Assembly (NCBI GenBank): GCA_017610175.1
Contig: JAFCCO010000003.1
Span: forward strand, 16,137 to 80,136
Reading direction: 5' to 3'
DNA length: 64,000 bases
Source of the DNA: Candidatus Iainarchaeum sp.
GTDB taxonomy: Archaea > Iainarchaeota > Iainarchaeia > Iainarchaeales > GCA-2688035
Shown here: in pieces, positions 8,703-18,953 of the stretch
Position numbering within the stretch: the first letter of the stretch is position 1
Layout of the letters: every line of letters starts with the position of its first letter
The notes under the pieces: generated by a model
Seen by the model: the letters and a program-made list of their open reading frames with translations, nothing else
Told to the model about the DNA's origin: nothing
The model's database searches: none
Translations under genes and position numbers: made by a program

Positions 8703-10901
8703 TCAGCCCACATAACTTGGCTTGTAGTTTGAATAGTTTTCCTTAAACTCATCGTATGCTTCCTCAGTCTCTTCTGAAATGCTTGGCTTCATCTTCTTGA
8801 GGATTGCATCAAAGTGCTTCTTTTCAACAGGCGTCGGTTTAAGGTTGTTTTCCTTTAAGATAAGTAATGCAGATTCACGCACTAAACCCTCTAAATCGGC
8901 TCCGCTGAAGCCCTCTGTTTTTCCTGCAATTTCCTCAAGGTCAACACTTTTATCAAGCATTTTTTTGGCTTCAATTCTTTTTGCGTGAACTTTAAGAATG
9001 CTCAACCTTGCCTTTTTGTCAGGAGCGCTTACCTTTATCAGTTTGTCAATCCTGCCCGGCCTCAAAAGCCCAGGATCCAAAAGATCGGGCCTGTTTGTTG
9101 CCGCAATAAACACAACATTACGTAACGCCTCTACCCCATCAAGCTCTGTAAGAAGCTGGTTGAGGACACGGTCACCTACATGGCTGCCTGTTGAGTCCCC
9201 CCTTCTTGTTGCAATGCTGTCAATCTCATCAAAGAAAACAATTGAGGGCGCAACCTGCCTTGCTCTTCTGAAAATCTTTCTGATCCCCTTTTCGCTTTCC
9301 CCAACCCACATGCTCAAAAGCTCAGGGCCCTTTATGCTTATAAAATTTGCCTCACTTTCGGTTGCAACCGCTTTTGCGAGAAGTGTTTTTCCACAGCCAG
9401 GCGGCCCAAATAAGAGAATCCCGCTTGGCGGCCTTATGCCCATTTTCTTGAACGCATCGGGCTTTTTAAGCGGCCATTCCACAGCCTGCTTTAGTTCGTC
9501 CTTCATGTTTTTCAAGCCACCAATGTCCTCCCATTTTATGTTTGGAATCTCTATTGCAACTTCCCTCAATCCAGAGGGCTGCACGTCCTTTAATCCGTTC
9601 AGAAAATCGCGTCGGTTTACTTCCAAAGTTTCAAGAACTTCAGGGGGAATTATTTCATCCTCAAGATTTATTTTAGGGAGATATCTACGCAATGCCTTCA
9701 TTGCAGCTTCCTTTGCAAGTGCTGCAATGTCCGCACCAACAAACCCGTGGGTTATTCCTGAAAAGTAATCCATGTCAACCTTGCGGTCCTCTTCCTTTGC
9801 AAGAGGCATTCCCCTTGTGTGAATTAGCAAAATTTCCTTTCGGGCTTTTTTGTCAGGGGCCGGGAACTCTATTTCGCGGTCAAAACGGCCTGGCCTGCGA
9901 AGGGCTTCATCAATGCTGTTTACACGGTTTGTTGCCGCAATAATAATTACGTTTCCCCTCGCTTCCAGCCCATCCATTGACGAAAGAATTTGTGCAACAA
10001 CTCTTCTTTCCACCTCACCAACAACGTCCTCGCGCTTTGGGGCAATAGCATCTAATTCATCAATAAAAATTATGCTTGGTGCGTTCTCCTCAGCCTCTTT
10101 GAATATTTGCCTGATTCTCTCCTCAGCCTCACCGACAAACTTGCTCATTATTTCAGGGGCATTAACCGAAATGAAATGTGCCCTTGTTTCGTTTGCAACG
10201 GCTTTTGCAAGAAGAGTTTTTCCCGTTCCTGGAGACCCGAATAACAGCACCCCCTTCGGGGGCGCAATTCCAAGCTTGCGGAAGAGCTCCGGATGCTTCA
10301 TGGGAAGCTCAATCATTTCCCTTACTTTCTGAATCTGTTCGTCAAGCCCTCCAATATCCTCATAGGCAATTCGCGGAATACCCTCAAGTTCACCCTTAAC
10401 AGGTTTTTCCTTCAACATAAACTGTGTAAAATCAGAAACCTTTACTGTTCCGCGCGGGATAGTTTCAACAACCTTGTATTCAAATCCCGAGCCAAAAATT
10501 GGGACCCAAACTTTGTCGCCCGAAGTTAACGGGCGGCCAAGAAAGCTTTTTTTGAGAATCCGGTCATAACCGCTTGCAACAATTCTCACTTCCTGTGTTG
10601 GCGCAAGAACAACTTTTTTTGCTTCTTTTATTTCAATCCTGCTGACCCTTACTTTTTCACCAAGACTGGCACCTGCGTTTTGCCTTATGAAGTGGTCCAT
10701 TCGGATTATTGCCCTGCCCTCATCCTCGGTCCTGGCAGGCCAGATTATTGCAGCGGTTCTGCGATTGCCGGATATTTCAATTATGTCCCCGCTTGTAACG
10801 CCCAAAGAAACCTTTGTTCTGCGGTCAAGAGTAACTATATTGCGCCCAACATGGGTTGGATCCGGCTCGTCAACCTTCAAAACAACTTCTTTTTCGGACA
10901 T
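8703..10901 (-). CDS. cdc48: CDC48/VCP-like AAA+ ATPase (two AAA domains)
   Basis: 732 aa with an N-domain and two AAA modules carrying Walker A motifs '[17 protein letters not shown]' and '[17 protein letters not shown]' plus second-region-of-homology motifs. Confidence 0.9.
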   Translation of the reverse strand: MSEKEVVLKVDEPDPTHVGRNIVTLDRRTKVSLGVTSGDIIEISGNRRTAAIIWPARTEDEGRAIIRMDHFIRQNAGASLGEKVRVSRIEIKEAKKVVLAPTQEVRIVASGYDRILKKSFLGRPLTSGDKVWVPIFGSGFEYKVVETIPRGTVKVSDFTQFMLKEKPVKGELEGIPRIAYEDIGGLDEQIQKVREMIELPMKHPELFRKLGIAPPKGVLLFGSPGTGKTLLAKAVANETRAHFISVNAPEIMSKFVGEAEERIRQIFKEAEENAPSIIFIDELDAIAPKREDVVGEVERRVVAQILSSMDGLEARGNVIIIAATNRVNSIDEALRRPGRFDREIEFPAPDKKARKEILLIHTRGMPLAKEEDRKVDMDYFSGITHGFVGADIAALAKEAAMKALRRYLPKINLEDEIIPPEVLETLEVNRRDFLNGLKDVQPSGLREVAIEIPNIKWEDIGGLKNMKDELKQAVEWPLKKPDAFKKMGIRPPSGILLFGPPGCGKTLLAKAVATESEANFISIKGPELLSMWVGESEKGIRKIFRRARQVAPSIVFFDEIDSIATRRGDSTGSHVGDRVLNQLLTELDGVEALRNVVFIAATNRPDLLDPGLLRPGRIDKLIKVSAPDKKARLSILKVHAKRIEAKKMLDKSVDLEEIAGKTEGFSGADLEGLVRESALLILKENNLKPTPVEKKHFDAILKKMKPSISEETEEAYDEFKENYSNYKPSYVG

Positions 10902-10940
10902 AATTAAATCATTCCCTGTAAAGCAATAAAAAACATTGCA

Positions 10941-11732
10941 TTACCTTTCCGCAACTGCCACATTTTCTGCGGGAATTGCACGAATCACCTCATCAAGACT
11001 TATAGTGAGTTGCTCCTTACTGCGCTTTTTAAGTGTTGAAACTATTTGCTTTGCTATGCCGCCTGCCTCCTTTTTTCCGTGGACGATTTCAACAGCACAA
11101 TTGTTTCCTGCAAAAACAGAGGGAGGCGCCCCCATAAGCTCGCCTTTCTTGTTTAGCCCAACAATAATCTTTAGCGGTGTTTTTCTGAACCACTTTCTCT
11201 TCCCGTAAATCATGAACGAACCGGTTCCAAGTGATGTGCCGCTTGGGGCCTTCTTGCTCACCTGTTCGGGGGGGACTGCGTATACATCAATCGCAGGCAG
11301 GGACTGTTTCCAGGCCTTGCTGAATACCGCGGCAAACTGCGCTGCCTCATTAAAGGTTGTTTCAGGAATTTCCTGCCTCTCTGCCTTGATTATGCAAACG
11401 CTTCCGCCCGGAATGTCGGCGTGGAGGAAATAGTCCCCCTCTTCAAGATGTTTTTTGACAAGCTGTTCGTTTCCCTTTGCGCTTCTTCCCCCAATCACAA
11501 GAAAATTGTCGGATGAAAAAAACCAGTGCAGGCTGTGAAACCACTGCTGCTTTTTCTTTTTGACCGGCTTTGCTTTCTCAGAGGGTTTTGACTCAATGCT
11601 TGAAATTAATTCTTTTGTGTGCTCGATTGCAATTTTGAGGCCGGTAAGTTTCTTTTTGGCTTTTTTTGCGCGCTCAAAGTGGAGGGAAGCGTTTTCCTCA
11701 ACGCTTTTTTCAAAATCAAGTTCGATTGTCAT
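10941..11732 (-). CDS. NFACT-R (DUF814) domain protein, Rqc2/Tae2-related short form
   Basis: 'WFHSLHWFFSSDNFLVIGGRSAKGNEQLVKKHLEEGDYFLHADIPGGSVCIIK' matches the DUF814 core, preceded by an N-terminal coiled-coil. Confidence 0.45.
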   Translation of the reverse strand: MTIELDFEKSVEENASLHFERAKKAKKKLTGLKIAIEHTKELISSIESKPSEKAKPVKKKKQQWFHSLHWFFSSDNFLVIGGRSAKGNEQLVKKHLEEGDYFLHADIPGGSVCIIKAERQEIPETTFNEAAQFAAVFSKAWKQSLPAIDVYAVPPEQVSKKAPSGTSLGTGSFMIYGKRKWFRKTPLKIIVGLNKKGELMGAPPSVFAGNNCAVEIVHGKKEAGGIAKQIVSTLKKRSKEQLTISLDEVIRAIPAENVAVAER

Positions 11733-12265
11733 TCAAGAGCCCGTTCCTTTTTGATGAGTTCAATTATTGATTTTGTCCTGCTTGCGTTCTTGAAAATCGG
11801 CTCCACTGAAAAGAAGCTCTGCGAATCCTTAACCAAATCATAGAAACCCGGAATTGAGCGGTATCTTTTCTGGCTTTCAGCATGGTAAGTTTCAATATCG
11901 CGATAAATGTGCCTGCTTAGGAAGTTCCAGTTCCCCCCTCCGACAACACTGCTTACCCAGTATACATGCGGGTCCTTTTCAATTTCCTCAAGGTACTTTT
12001 CAAATGCCTTTTGCGCACTCAAGTCTGCCTGAGTGAAACTCAGAACCTCAAGGTTGTAGCCAAGTTTCCTGAAATTAACCTTTGGGCCAAAGCCCTGAAG
12101 TACGCCTGCCTTCTCAAGGAAGTCGAGGCTGCTTTTAATTGTCGCCTTGTGGTAGCCGGTAATGCGCTTAATCTGCCTGATATTGGGCTGAACGGTCTTT
12201 GGCCCGAGTAAGGCCTCAAGTATATTGATTCTTATTTCATCGGTTACCTTCATTTGGTTTGCCAT
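11729..12265 (-). CDS. HTH transcriptional regulator (Lrp-like wHTH plus C-terminal domain)
   Basis: N-terminal 'IRINILEALLGPKTVQPNIRQIKRITGYHKATIKSSLDFLEKAGVL' is a winged-helix-like segment. Confidence 0.4.
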   Translation of the reverse strand: MANQMKVTDEIRINILEALLGPKTVQPNIRQIKRITGYHKATIKSSLDFLEKAGVLQGFGPKVNFRKLGYNLEVLSFTQADLSAQKAFEKYLEEIEKDPHVYWVSSVVGGGNWNFLSRHIYRDIETYHAESQKRYRSIPGFYDLVKDSQSFFSVEPIFKNASRTKSIIELIKKERALE

Positions 12266-12511
12266 GCGCCATACACCACTTTACTTTAAACTATACAAAA
12301 TATTACACCTTAATTAATTTAAGTGTATCGCATATGGCAGCAATAAGTTGATAGTTGTTATATATGTTGGACGCGTATACTTATTACAAGGAAACACCAC
12401 TAGGAGGGATTCAAGAGATTGTGAATCTTTGGTTGAAGAGAGGGATAGGCTCACCAGGCTAATACTATTAACAAAAAAAAATTGGCTTCTTTATGTATGT
12501 CTCTCTTCAAC

Positions 12512-14605
12512 CTACTTCTTCTTAGTTCCTTCTTTTTTATCTTTAGCTGTTTTCTTTGCAGCCTTTTCAGCGCTTCTTTTCTTCCACTCTTCTTTTGATG
12601 GGCAATTGTAGTCAATGCACATTTTAAACGACATGCGGGGCCCCTTAAGATGAATCATAATATTTCCGCACTCAGGGCAGCGCTCTTCAATCGGAGAAAG
12701 TGAGCCCTTTTGGGGAAGGGGGTATGTTGTTGTGCACTTTGGATAATTGCTGCAGCCAAGGAAACGCTTTCCCGTTGCCCTTCCCTTTCTAATCATAAGC
12801 TGTCCCCCGCACCCTTTGGTTGGGCAATCGCCAATTATTGAATCGGAAATAAGCGCTTTTCTCAAATGCGAACCAACATCGTTCTTGTGCTCTAAAAGTA
12901 TTTCAAGCGCCTTGGAGAGAGCTTCCCTGCTTTCATTGACAACATCCGGCTTCTTCTTTTTGCCGGCAGCAATAAAATCCATTTCCTTTTCAAGATCGGC
13001 AGTCATGTTAGGCTTTGAAATAACCGGGGCATGCTGTTCAAGAGACTCAATTACGGCAAAGGCAATCTTATTCGGCTCCAAAGTTGTCTTCCCAAAAATG
13101 TAGTTTCTTGCAAGAAGCTTTTGGATTATGTCCGCCCTGGTTGACTTTGTTCCAAGATTTAACTCAGACATCACCTTAAGCAAGGACCCCTGTGAATACC
13201 TTGGCTTTGGCTGGGTCTGTTTTGAGGCAAAGTTAAGGTCAACAAGATCAAGCACGTCCTTTTCGGCAAGCGAAGGCAGGAACACCTCTGTCGCCTTTGA
13301 GTAAGGGTAAACTTCCTTCCAGCCCTTCTTCACAAACACCTGCCCGGTTGCAACAAAGGGCTGTGCGTTCAAATCAATGTCAACCGAAAGGTTTTCGGTA
13401 ATCGCATCCTCGGCAAGGGTTGCAAGAAACCGCCTGCAAACCAACTCATAAACTTTCCAAACGTCGGGCTGGAGCTTTTCCCTTGCAACAGGAGCAACCG
13501 GATGAATTGGCGGATGGTCCTTTGAAACCTTTCCCGCAGACGGGGAAATCTTTCCAAGCGCAAGAATCTTCTGAACATCGGCCCTTAATTCAACCACATT
13601 CTCCAAAGACTTTAGGATTGCCTTAAGGTCAATTGTGGGAGGGTATGCAAGGTTGTCTGTTCGAGGGTATGAAATGAAACCGCTTTGGTAAAGTGATTCC
13701 GCAAGCCTCATTGCGCGGCCTGCAGTAAAGCCGATTGAAGTGGCTGCGGCAAGAAAAGAAGTTGTGTTGAACGGAAACGGTTTTTTTAGGGTGCGCTTTT
13801 TCTTCGTAACTTTTGTAACAATTCCTTTGGGGAGATTTTTGCAGTCAAATGCCTTCTCGGCTTCCTCTTTGTCCCAGAACTTTCCGTTTTTGTGTGAGGC
13901 CTCAAACTTTTTTGAGCCTTTGGAGAAAACCGCGGCAATCTCCCAAAAATCCTTTGGGTTGAATGCAAGCCTTTCCTTTTCCCGATTTACAATTAAGGCA
14001 AGGGTTGGGCCCTGAACACGGCCCATGCTAAGGAATTGTTTTCCAAGCCTGCCTGAAACAAGTGAAAGGAATCTTGTCAGAACCGCACCCCAAACAAGGT
14101 CAATCTCACGGCGCGAGTCGGCCGAGTCAGCCATGTTTTTGTCAGCATCCTCCAAAGAATCAAAAGCTGTGTCAATATCTTTCGGGGTTATTGCAGAGAA
14201 CAGGGCCCGCTTAACCTTAATCTTCGGGTTGCCCTCTTTCAAGGCATTTATTGCCTCAAAACCAATTGATTCCCCTTCACGGTCATTGTCGGTTGCAATA
14301 ATTACGAGCTCAACGTCTTTTGCAACTTTTCTCAAAAAATCAAGAATCGGCTTTTCCGTATCCCTGTACTCAATCTCCGCAACGGCAAGCTTTCGCAAAT
14401 CGGTTCCAAGCCAGTAGCTGTATTTCTTTGGAAAGTCAACATCTGAAACATGCCCACGGAGCGGAACGGTGATGTACTGCTCTGTCTTGTGCTCAAACAG
14501 GAAAAATTTTGCACCACCCTCCATCGAGGGCGAAACCTTCTTTTCCGCAAGAATTGTTGAAATTCTCTCTCCTGCAATGGCCTTTTCGGCAACAACTAGA
14601 ATCAT
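12512..14605 (-). CDS. topA: DNA topoisomerase I (type IA) with C-terminal zinc ribbons
   Basis: Toprim motif 'VIIATDNDREGESIG' and conserved type IA blocks are present. The C-terminus carries CxxC zinc-ribbon clusters and a Lys-rich tail. Start is taken as the internal ATG at 14605 ('MILVVAEKAIAG'); the ORF extends to 14788. Confidence 0.85.
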   Translation of the reverse strand: MILVVAEKAIAGERISTILAEKKVSPSMEGGAKFFLFEHKTEQYITVPLRGHVSDVDFPKKYSYWLGTDLRKLAVAEIEYRDTEKPILDFLRKVAKDVELVIIATDNDREGESIGFEAINALKEGNPKIKVKRALFSAITPKDIDTAFDSLEDADKNMADSADSRREIDLVWGAVLTRFLSLVSGRLGKQFLSMGRVQGPTLALIVNREKERLAFNPKDFWEIAAVFSKGSKKFEASHKNGKFWDKEEAEKAFDCKNLPKGIVTKVTKKKRTLKKPFPFNTTSFLAAATSIGFTAGRAMRLAESLYQSGFISYPRTDNLAYPPTIDLKAILKSLENVVELRADVQKILALGKISPSAGKVSKDHPPIHPVAPVAREKLQPDVWKVYELVCRRFLATLAEDAITENLSVDIDLNAQPFVATGQVFVKKGWKEVYPYSKATEVFLPSLAEKDVLDLVDLNFASKQTQPKPRYSQGSLLKVMSELNLGTKSTRADIIQKLLARNYIFGKTTLEPNKIAFAVIESLEQHAPVISKPNMTADLEKEMDFIAAGKKKKPDVVNESREALSKALEILLEHKNDVGSHLRKALISDSIIGDCPTKGCGGQLMIRKGRATGKRFLGCSNYPKCTTTYPLPQKGSLSPIEERCPECGNIMIHLKGPRMSFKMCIDYNCPSKEEWKKRSAEKAAKKTAKDKKEGTKKK

Positions 14606-14657
14606 GCAACTTATTTCTTGCATCAAAAAGAATAAAAACAATAAACGCCTTTCTTGA

Positions 14658-15938
14658 TTGAAAGACATGATTTCAGCCATCCCGCTAGCACAAATTCCAA
14701 CAATAGAGCTGTTGACGCAGATTGCAATAGTTCTCTTTTTGGGGGTTATGCTTAATTTTGGAAGCAAAAAAACAGGATTCCCCTTCATAGTCGCACTTAT
14801 ACTTGTGGGGACCGCCGGAGTTTCATTCGGCTTTCTGGATATGGGGAAGTGGATTGGCTTCAGCGAACTTATCAGAACACTTGCCCTGATAATTATTGTA
14901 TTCAGCGCGGGTTTTCATTTACAACTGCAGGAAATCAAAAAGGAATCAAAAATTATTCTCATGCTTGCAACTCTCGGGGTGTTAATAACCGCGTCATTCA
15001 TAACGGGGATAACATTCTACCTGCTCAGCATCCCGCTGATTACCGCCGCATTCCTTGGAACACTTCTTAGCGGAAGTGACCCTGCAGCAATATCCTGCGG
15101 CACAGGCAGCGAATGCAGCATAAAGGACAAGCTTTCAAGAATTATACTAAGTGAAAGCGTGTTCAACCAGCCACTCACACTAATACTGCCGCTGCTTCTG
15201 CTTGACTTTGTTACAAAACCAGAACTTGCATTGCTTAACATCCCAAAATTTTTCCTGATGATTGTGGTTGGAACAGCGGTGGGGGTTGTGGGTGCTGGGC
15301 TCGGGCAAAAAATACTTATTTCACTAAGAACAGAGCACGAAGAAATTGCGGGCCTGATGATTGCAATCTCATCATATGTAATTGCGGAAAACCTTTTTGG
15401 TTCAGGAATTCTTGCGGTTGCGGTAACGGCACTGCTTCTCAGCAGCAGAAACATTCCGGAAAAGGATGTTCTTGGAACATTTTCGGAACAGCTTGCTTTC
15501 CTGTTCACCGTGTTTGTGTTCATCCTGCTTGGAATGCAATTCTCATTCCAGCAGCTTATACAGCTTTCAATCACAAGATACGAAATAATTGCGGTTGTTG
15601 CCGCATTAATTATAGGGCGGCTGCTAAGCAGCATTATAGTTCTTTTCAGAACCCCGCTAAAACTCGTTGAGCGGATAAAAATTGGGCTGATTTCGCCCAA
15701 GGGAATTGGGCCCGCTGCCCTGGCTCCCCTGTTGATAGTGCACGGGGTCGTGGGAGGGGAAACGGTTGTGAAAATCGTTTACATTGCAATAATTGCAAGC
15801 ATCATTATCTCAAAGTTTTTCATGAGAATGAGTGTGGAACCAAGCCTGCCTGAGCTTGCAAAGGAAAAAACAAAGGCACACAAAATCGCAAATGGTCAGG
15901 CCAAAGAAAAAACCGGAAAGAACAAGCTCGAATCCTAA
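14658..15938 (+). CDS. Na+/H+ (cation/proton) antiporter, CPA family
   Basis: 426-aa polytopic protein of about 11-12 TM segments with the CPA1-like layout. Its C-terminal region resembles the 12..509 fragment. Confidence 0.6.
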   Translation: MKDMISAIPLAQIPTIELLTQIAIVLFLGVMLNFGSKKTGFPFIVALILVGTAGVSFGFLDMGKWIGFSELIRTLALIIIVFSAGFHLQLQEIKKESKIILMLATLGVLITASFITGITFYLLSIPLITAAFLGTLLSGSDPAAISCGTGSECSIKDKLSRIILSESVFNQPLTLILPLLLLDFVTKPELALLNIPKFFLMIVVGTAVGVVGAGLGQKILISLRTEHEEIAGLMIAISSYVIAENLFGSGILAVAVTALLLSSRNIPEKDVLGTFSEQLAFLFTVFVFILLGMQFSFQQLIQLSITRYEIIAVVAALIIGRLLSSIIVLFRTPLKLVERIKIGLISPKGIGPAALAPLLIVHGVVGGETVVKIVYIAIIASIIISKFFMRMSVEPSLPELAKEKTKAHKIANGQAKEKTGKNKLES

Positions 15939-16408
15939 AACCTTTTCTGCAGCGAACTTGAAGGAAGCGCTTTGCTTCGCTTTATCTCCGAAAGAACAAC
16001 AAGCGTTTTCAAATCAAGGATTCCATCAAGCAACCCAAGCCTGTTAATTACCTTTTCAGCATTGTCAAGGTCGTTGACCAGGATTTTTGCAAGCATATTG
16101 TATTCGCCCAAAACCTGGTGCAGTTCAACAATGTAGTCAAGTGCACAGAGCTTCTTAATCAGGTCCTTGTTCTTTGAGATTTCGGTTCTGATTTGGACAA
16201 AAATAGGGTTCTCAAAACCAAGAACCTTAAAGTTGATGTCCGCAGAGATTGCGGAAATAACGCCCTTTCTCTTAAGGCCCTCAACCCTTTTCTTTATTGC
16301 AACATCTGTAAGGTTTGTTTCCTTTGCAATACTGCTAAAGGATGCCCTGCCGTCCTCAATAAGCCTTTTAAGAATGGCCAAATCCACCTTATCCAATGAA
16401 ACCTGCAT
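15935..16408 (-). CDS. lrp: Lrp/AsnC family transcriptional regulator
   Basis: 'DKVDLAILKRLIEDGRASFSSIAKETNLTDVAIKKRVEGLKRKGVI' is a classic AsnC-type HTH, followed by a RAM domain. The likely start is the Met at 16408. Confidence 0.75.
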   Translation of the reverse strand: MQVSLDKVDLAILKRLIEDGRASFSSIAKETNLTDVAIKKRVEGLKRKGVISAISADINFKVLGFENPIFVQIRTEISKNKDLIKKLCALDYIVELHQVLGEYNMLAKILVNDLDNAEKVINRLGLLDGILDLKTLVVLSEIKRSKALPSSSLQKRF

Positions 16409-16506
16409 AAAAAAACTCCCCCTCAAAACATTAAACAAATATACATTAATATTTCAAATAAAACTTTATTAAAAAGTTTGCTTTCTGAAAGAAAGGGTTA
16501 ATAATT

Positions 16507-18126
16507 TTGCAAAACCTAATTAATCACATGGAGGGAAGGAACGGAGGCAAACCAATAGCTTCTGCAGTTGAAAAAATCGCCAAAGAATGCGAGAATGCAG
16601 GCTGCTCAACCTGGACAGTAACAAAGATAATCAAGGAAATCTCAAAGGAAGAAACGGGCTCTGAAGCAAAGCTTCGGAAAAATGCGCTTGTGCTCCTCTC
16701 CAAACTCGACCCGGCCGCAGCCCAAGTTTTTGCAAGCTTCCAGCGAATGCTTGTCAGGACAAGCAAGCAAACAATTGAACACTTTGATCGGGGAAACATA
16801 ATTCGCTCCCTGTTAAAGGAAACAGATGTAACAAGAGGTGTTGCCGAGAAGATCGGGCACGAGGTCGAGGAAAAAATAAAGGACCTGGAAATAAGCGCAA
16901 TATCAACCGCACTAATTAGAGAAATGGTAAATGTAAAGCTGCTTGAATACGGGCACGAAAATATTAGGAACCAGTATGCAAGGGCTGGCCTTCCGGTTTA
17001 CGATGTGATGAAAAAAGTGAAAAGGTTTCCCTACAGCAACAAGGAGGTCCTTGCAGACTTTAACCTGCTTAAGGCGATTCCAAAAAAATTCGGGGATATG
17101 CACCTTAACTCCAGCATATTTATTGCAAACATTGAGGACTTCTCAACCAAGCCAATTGCATTCTGCCACCAATTCGAAGAAAAAAACAACATTGAGGAAA
17201 CGATATTTTCAAACCTTAAGCGAATGAACGAATTAAGCAGGCTTGTCTCCTGGCCGGTGAATGCAAACAACGTTAACCTTGCGCTTATGCAACACGCAAG
17301 CAAGAGAAGCGTGGGAAAGACCGTAAAGCTTTTCGCAAGCGCGTTTAATGCCGTGTTCCCCCAGGCGCAAAGCATTCCACGCAACATAGGAATCAGCCTG
17401 TTTATTCCAGATGAATTTGAGGGCGTTGACCGGGAATTACTTGCAAGCAGCGCAGGCGTTTTCATGAAAGAGTGGAAGCGTGAAAAAACCAATTCCACCC
17501 TCGTTCTTTCACTTGACACAAAATACAAACTGAAACTGCTTAAGGAATTAAGAGGGGCAATGCTTTTGAACAACAGCGAAAACAAGCTTAACCCATTAAA
17601 CGGAATTGCCTCGGAAAAAAACATCTGCTCGCTCTTTGGATTAAACCTTGCAAAATTCGCAAGCGGTGGAAAAGAAGACAAATTTTACGAACGGCTTGGG
17701 GAAAGCATAAAGGCAGTGAAAGAGCTTGCGAAAATCAAGATGGCAATACTCTCCAAAAGGGAGTATCACTCAAAAGCAGGAATCAATCCAAAGGAAATGG
17801 TTGATGTTGCCGGGCTTTACGGTTTGGCTTACGCAGCACAGGAAATTGCGGGAGAGGGAAAGGAAGCCGTTAGGTTTGCCGAACGCACCGTCGCCTCAAT
17901 CTCAAAAGAACTGGGGAACGGATTCATAATAACAGAGCTGTTGAACAAGGTTGGAAGAAATCGGTTTGAAGAAAATTTAAAAGACCGCGAAAAAGGCGGG
18001 CTTTCAAAAAAATTCCGCGAAAGCGATTCGCTCAGAAAAAGAATGCAGCTTGTAATGAAAGCGGAAAATAAGAGGGAAGCAAGCGAGTTAATTGATTCAG
18101 GGTCTGAACTTATAGAGATTCACTGA
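16507..18126 (+). CDS. Hypothetical 539-aa protein with N-terminal ATP-cone-like segment
   Basis: Residues about 85-170 ('IEHFDRGNIIRSLLKE...ISTALIREMVNVKLLEYGHENIRNQYARAG') resemble an ATP-cone. The remainder is unassignable by eye and lacks a glycyl-radical or NrdR zinc ribbon. The start may be the ATG at 16528. Confidence 0.35.
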   Translation: MQNLINHMEGRNGGKPIASAVEKIAKECENAGCSTWTVTKIIKEISKEETGSEAKLRKNALVLLSKLDPAAAQVFASFQRMLVRTSKQTIEHFDRGNIIRSLLKETDVTRGVAEKIGHEVEEKIKDLEISAISTALIREMVNVKLLEYGHENIRNQYARAGLPVYDVMKKVKRFPYSNKEVLADFNLLKAIPKKFGDMHLNSSIFIANIEDFSTKPIAFCHQFEEKNNIEETIFSNLKRMNELSRLVSWPVNANNVNLALMQHASKRSVGKTVKLFASAFNAVFPQAQSIPRNIGISLFIPDEFEGVDRELLASSAGVFMKEWKREKTNSTLVLSLDTKYKLKLLKELRGAMLLNNSENKLNPLNGIASEKNICSLFGLNLAKFASGGKEDKFYERLGESIKAVKELAKIKMAILSKREYHSKAGINPKEMVDVAGLYGLAYAAQEIAGEGKEAVRFAERTVASISKELGNGFIITELLNKVGRNRFEENLKDREKGGLSKKFRESDSLRKRMQLVMKAENKREASELIDSGSELIEIH

Positions 18127-18908
18127 ATTCTTTTGGATGCTTCGGAAAGGTCCTTGCTTTCAACCTGCTCTTTTCTTTTGTTGTCGCCAACAAGCTGCGG
18201 CGACTTAATCAAATCAAACTTCAGCATGAAAATATATGTTTTCATAATCTCCACAAATGGCAAAACAAATACAAGAGTCAAAAGAAGAGAAATGTATGAC
18301 CCTACAAAATAAAACCCGTCAAGCAGATGCCCGACAACTGAAACCACCGCAAGCAAAACAGAGCCCATAACCAGAATCTGAATTGTTCTCTTTGGATGCT
18401 TCACAATGAATTCTGCACTGTTCATTATTGAATGGTCCACCCCCTCTTCATCAACCACAATTGACTGCGGGGCAAACATTGTTGCAACGGAAATTACAAG
18501 CAAAGCAAGCGAAACAGGAATTGCCCCGAAGCCAAGCCAAACCATTGCGATTACTGCCGCAAACGAAAATGTGGAAAACAAAACATAGAAAATGAAAATT
18601 TTCAAGGTAAACTTCTGAATCATCTCATGCAGGTAAAACTGAAGCTTAAGCTTGCTCAGGCTCTTTCTGACTGAGAAAATTATTACCGAAATCAGGAAAG
18701 AATAAAACACAAGAAAAACAAGCATTATGGGAGCAAGAAAAACCGCTTCAGAAACCGCATTTGCATTGTAATCAACAAGCATTGTCCCGGTGCTTGCAAA
18801 AACGTTCTCAAAGAATGAAAAAGCGGGCACAAAAACAAGCAAAAGGGCAAAAGCCAGTGCGGCCTTGATATTGCGGCTGTAGTGCTCAAACACCTTGTTT
18901 AAAATCAT
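18120..18908 (-). CDS. Hypothetical polytopic membrane protein
   Basis: 262-aa ORF with about 6 hydrophobic helices and a charged C-terminus. Confidence 0.4.
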   Translation of the reverse strand: MILNKVFEHYSRNIKAALAFALLLVFVPAFSFFENVFASTGTMLVDYNANAVSEAVFLAPIMLVFLVFYSFLISVIIFSVRKSLSKLKLQFYLHEMIQKFTLKIFIFYVLFSTFSFAAVIAMVWLGFGAIPVSLALLVISVATMFAPQSIVVDEEGVDHSIMNSAEFIVKHPKRTIQILVMGSVLLAVVSVVGHLLDGFYFVGSYISLLLTLVFVLPFVEIMKTYIFMLKFDLIKSPQLVGDNKRKEQVESKDLSEASKRIQ

Positions 18909-18953
18909 CCAATCCCCAAAACTATATTGTTAGGATTGTTCTTAAAAACCATT

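Noticed and set aside
8998-10332. Plus-strand ORFs (256 aa, 160 aa) antisense to cdc48
   Set aside because: These are shadow ORFs inside a highly conserved AAA+ gene. Their composition is Ser/Pro/Leu-rich and non-protein-like.
15017-15700. 227-aa minus-strand ORF inside the antiporter gene
   Set aside because: It lies antisense to a polytopic membrane protein gene, has no independent support, and its translation is Ser-rich.
16439-16506. Near-palindrome CTTTCTGAAAGAAAG in the lrp / ATP-cone-gene divergent promoter
   Set aside because: The palindrome is imperfect and short. It is possibly a regulator site but not distinguishable from chance in AT-rich promoter DNA.
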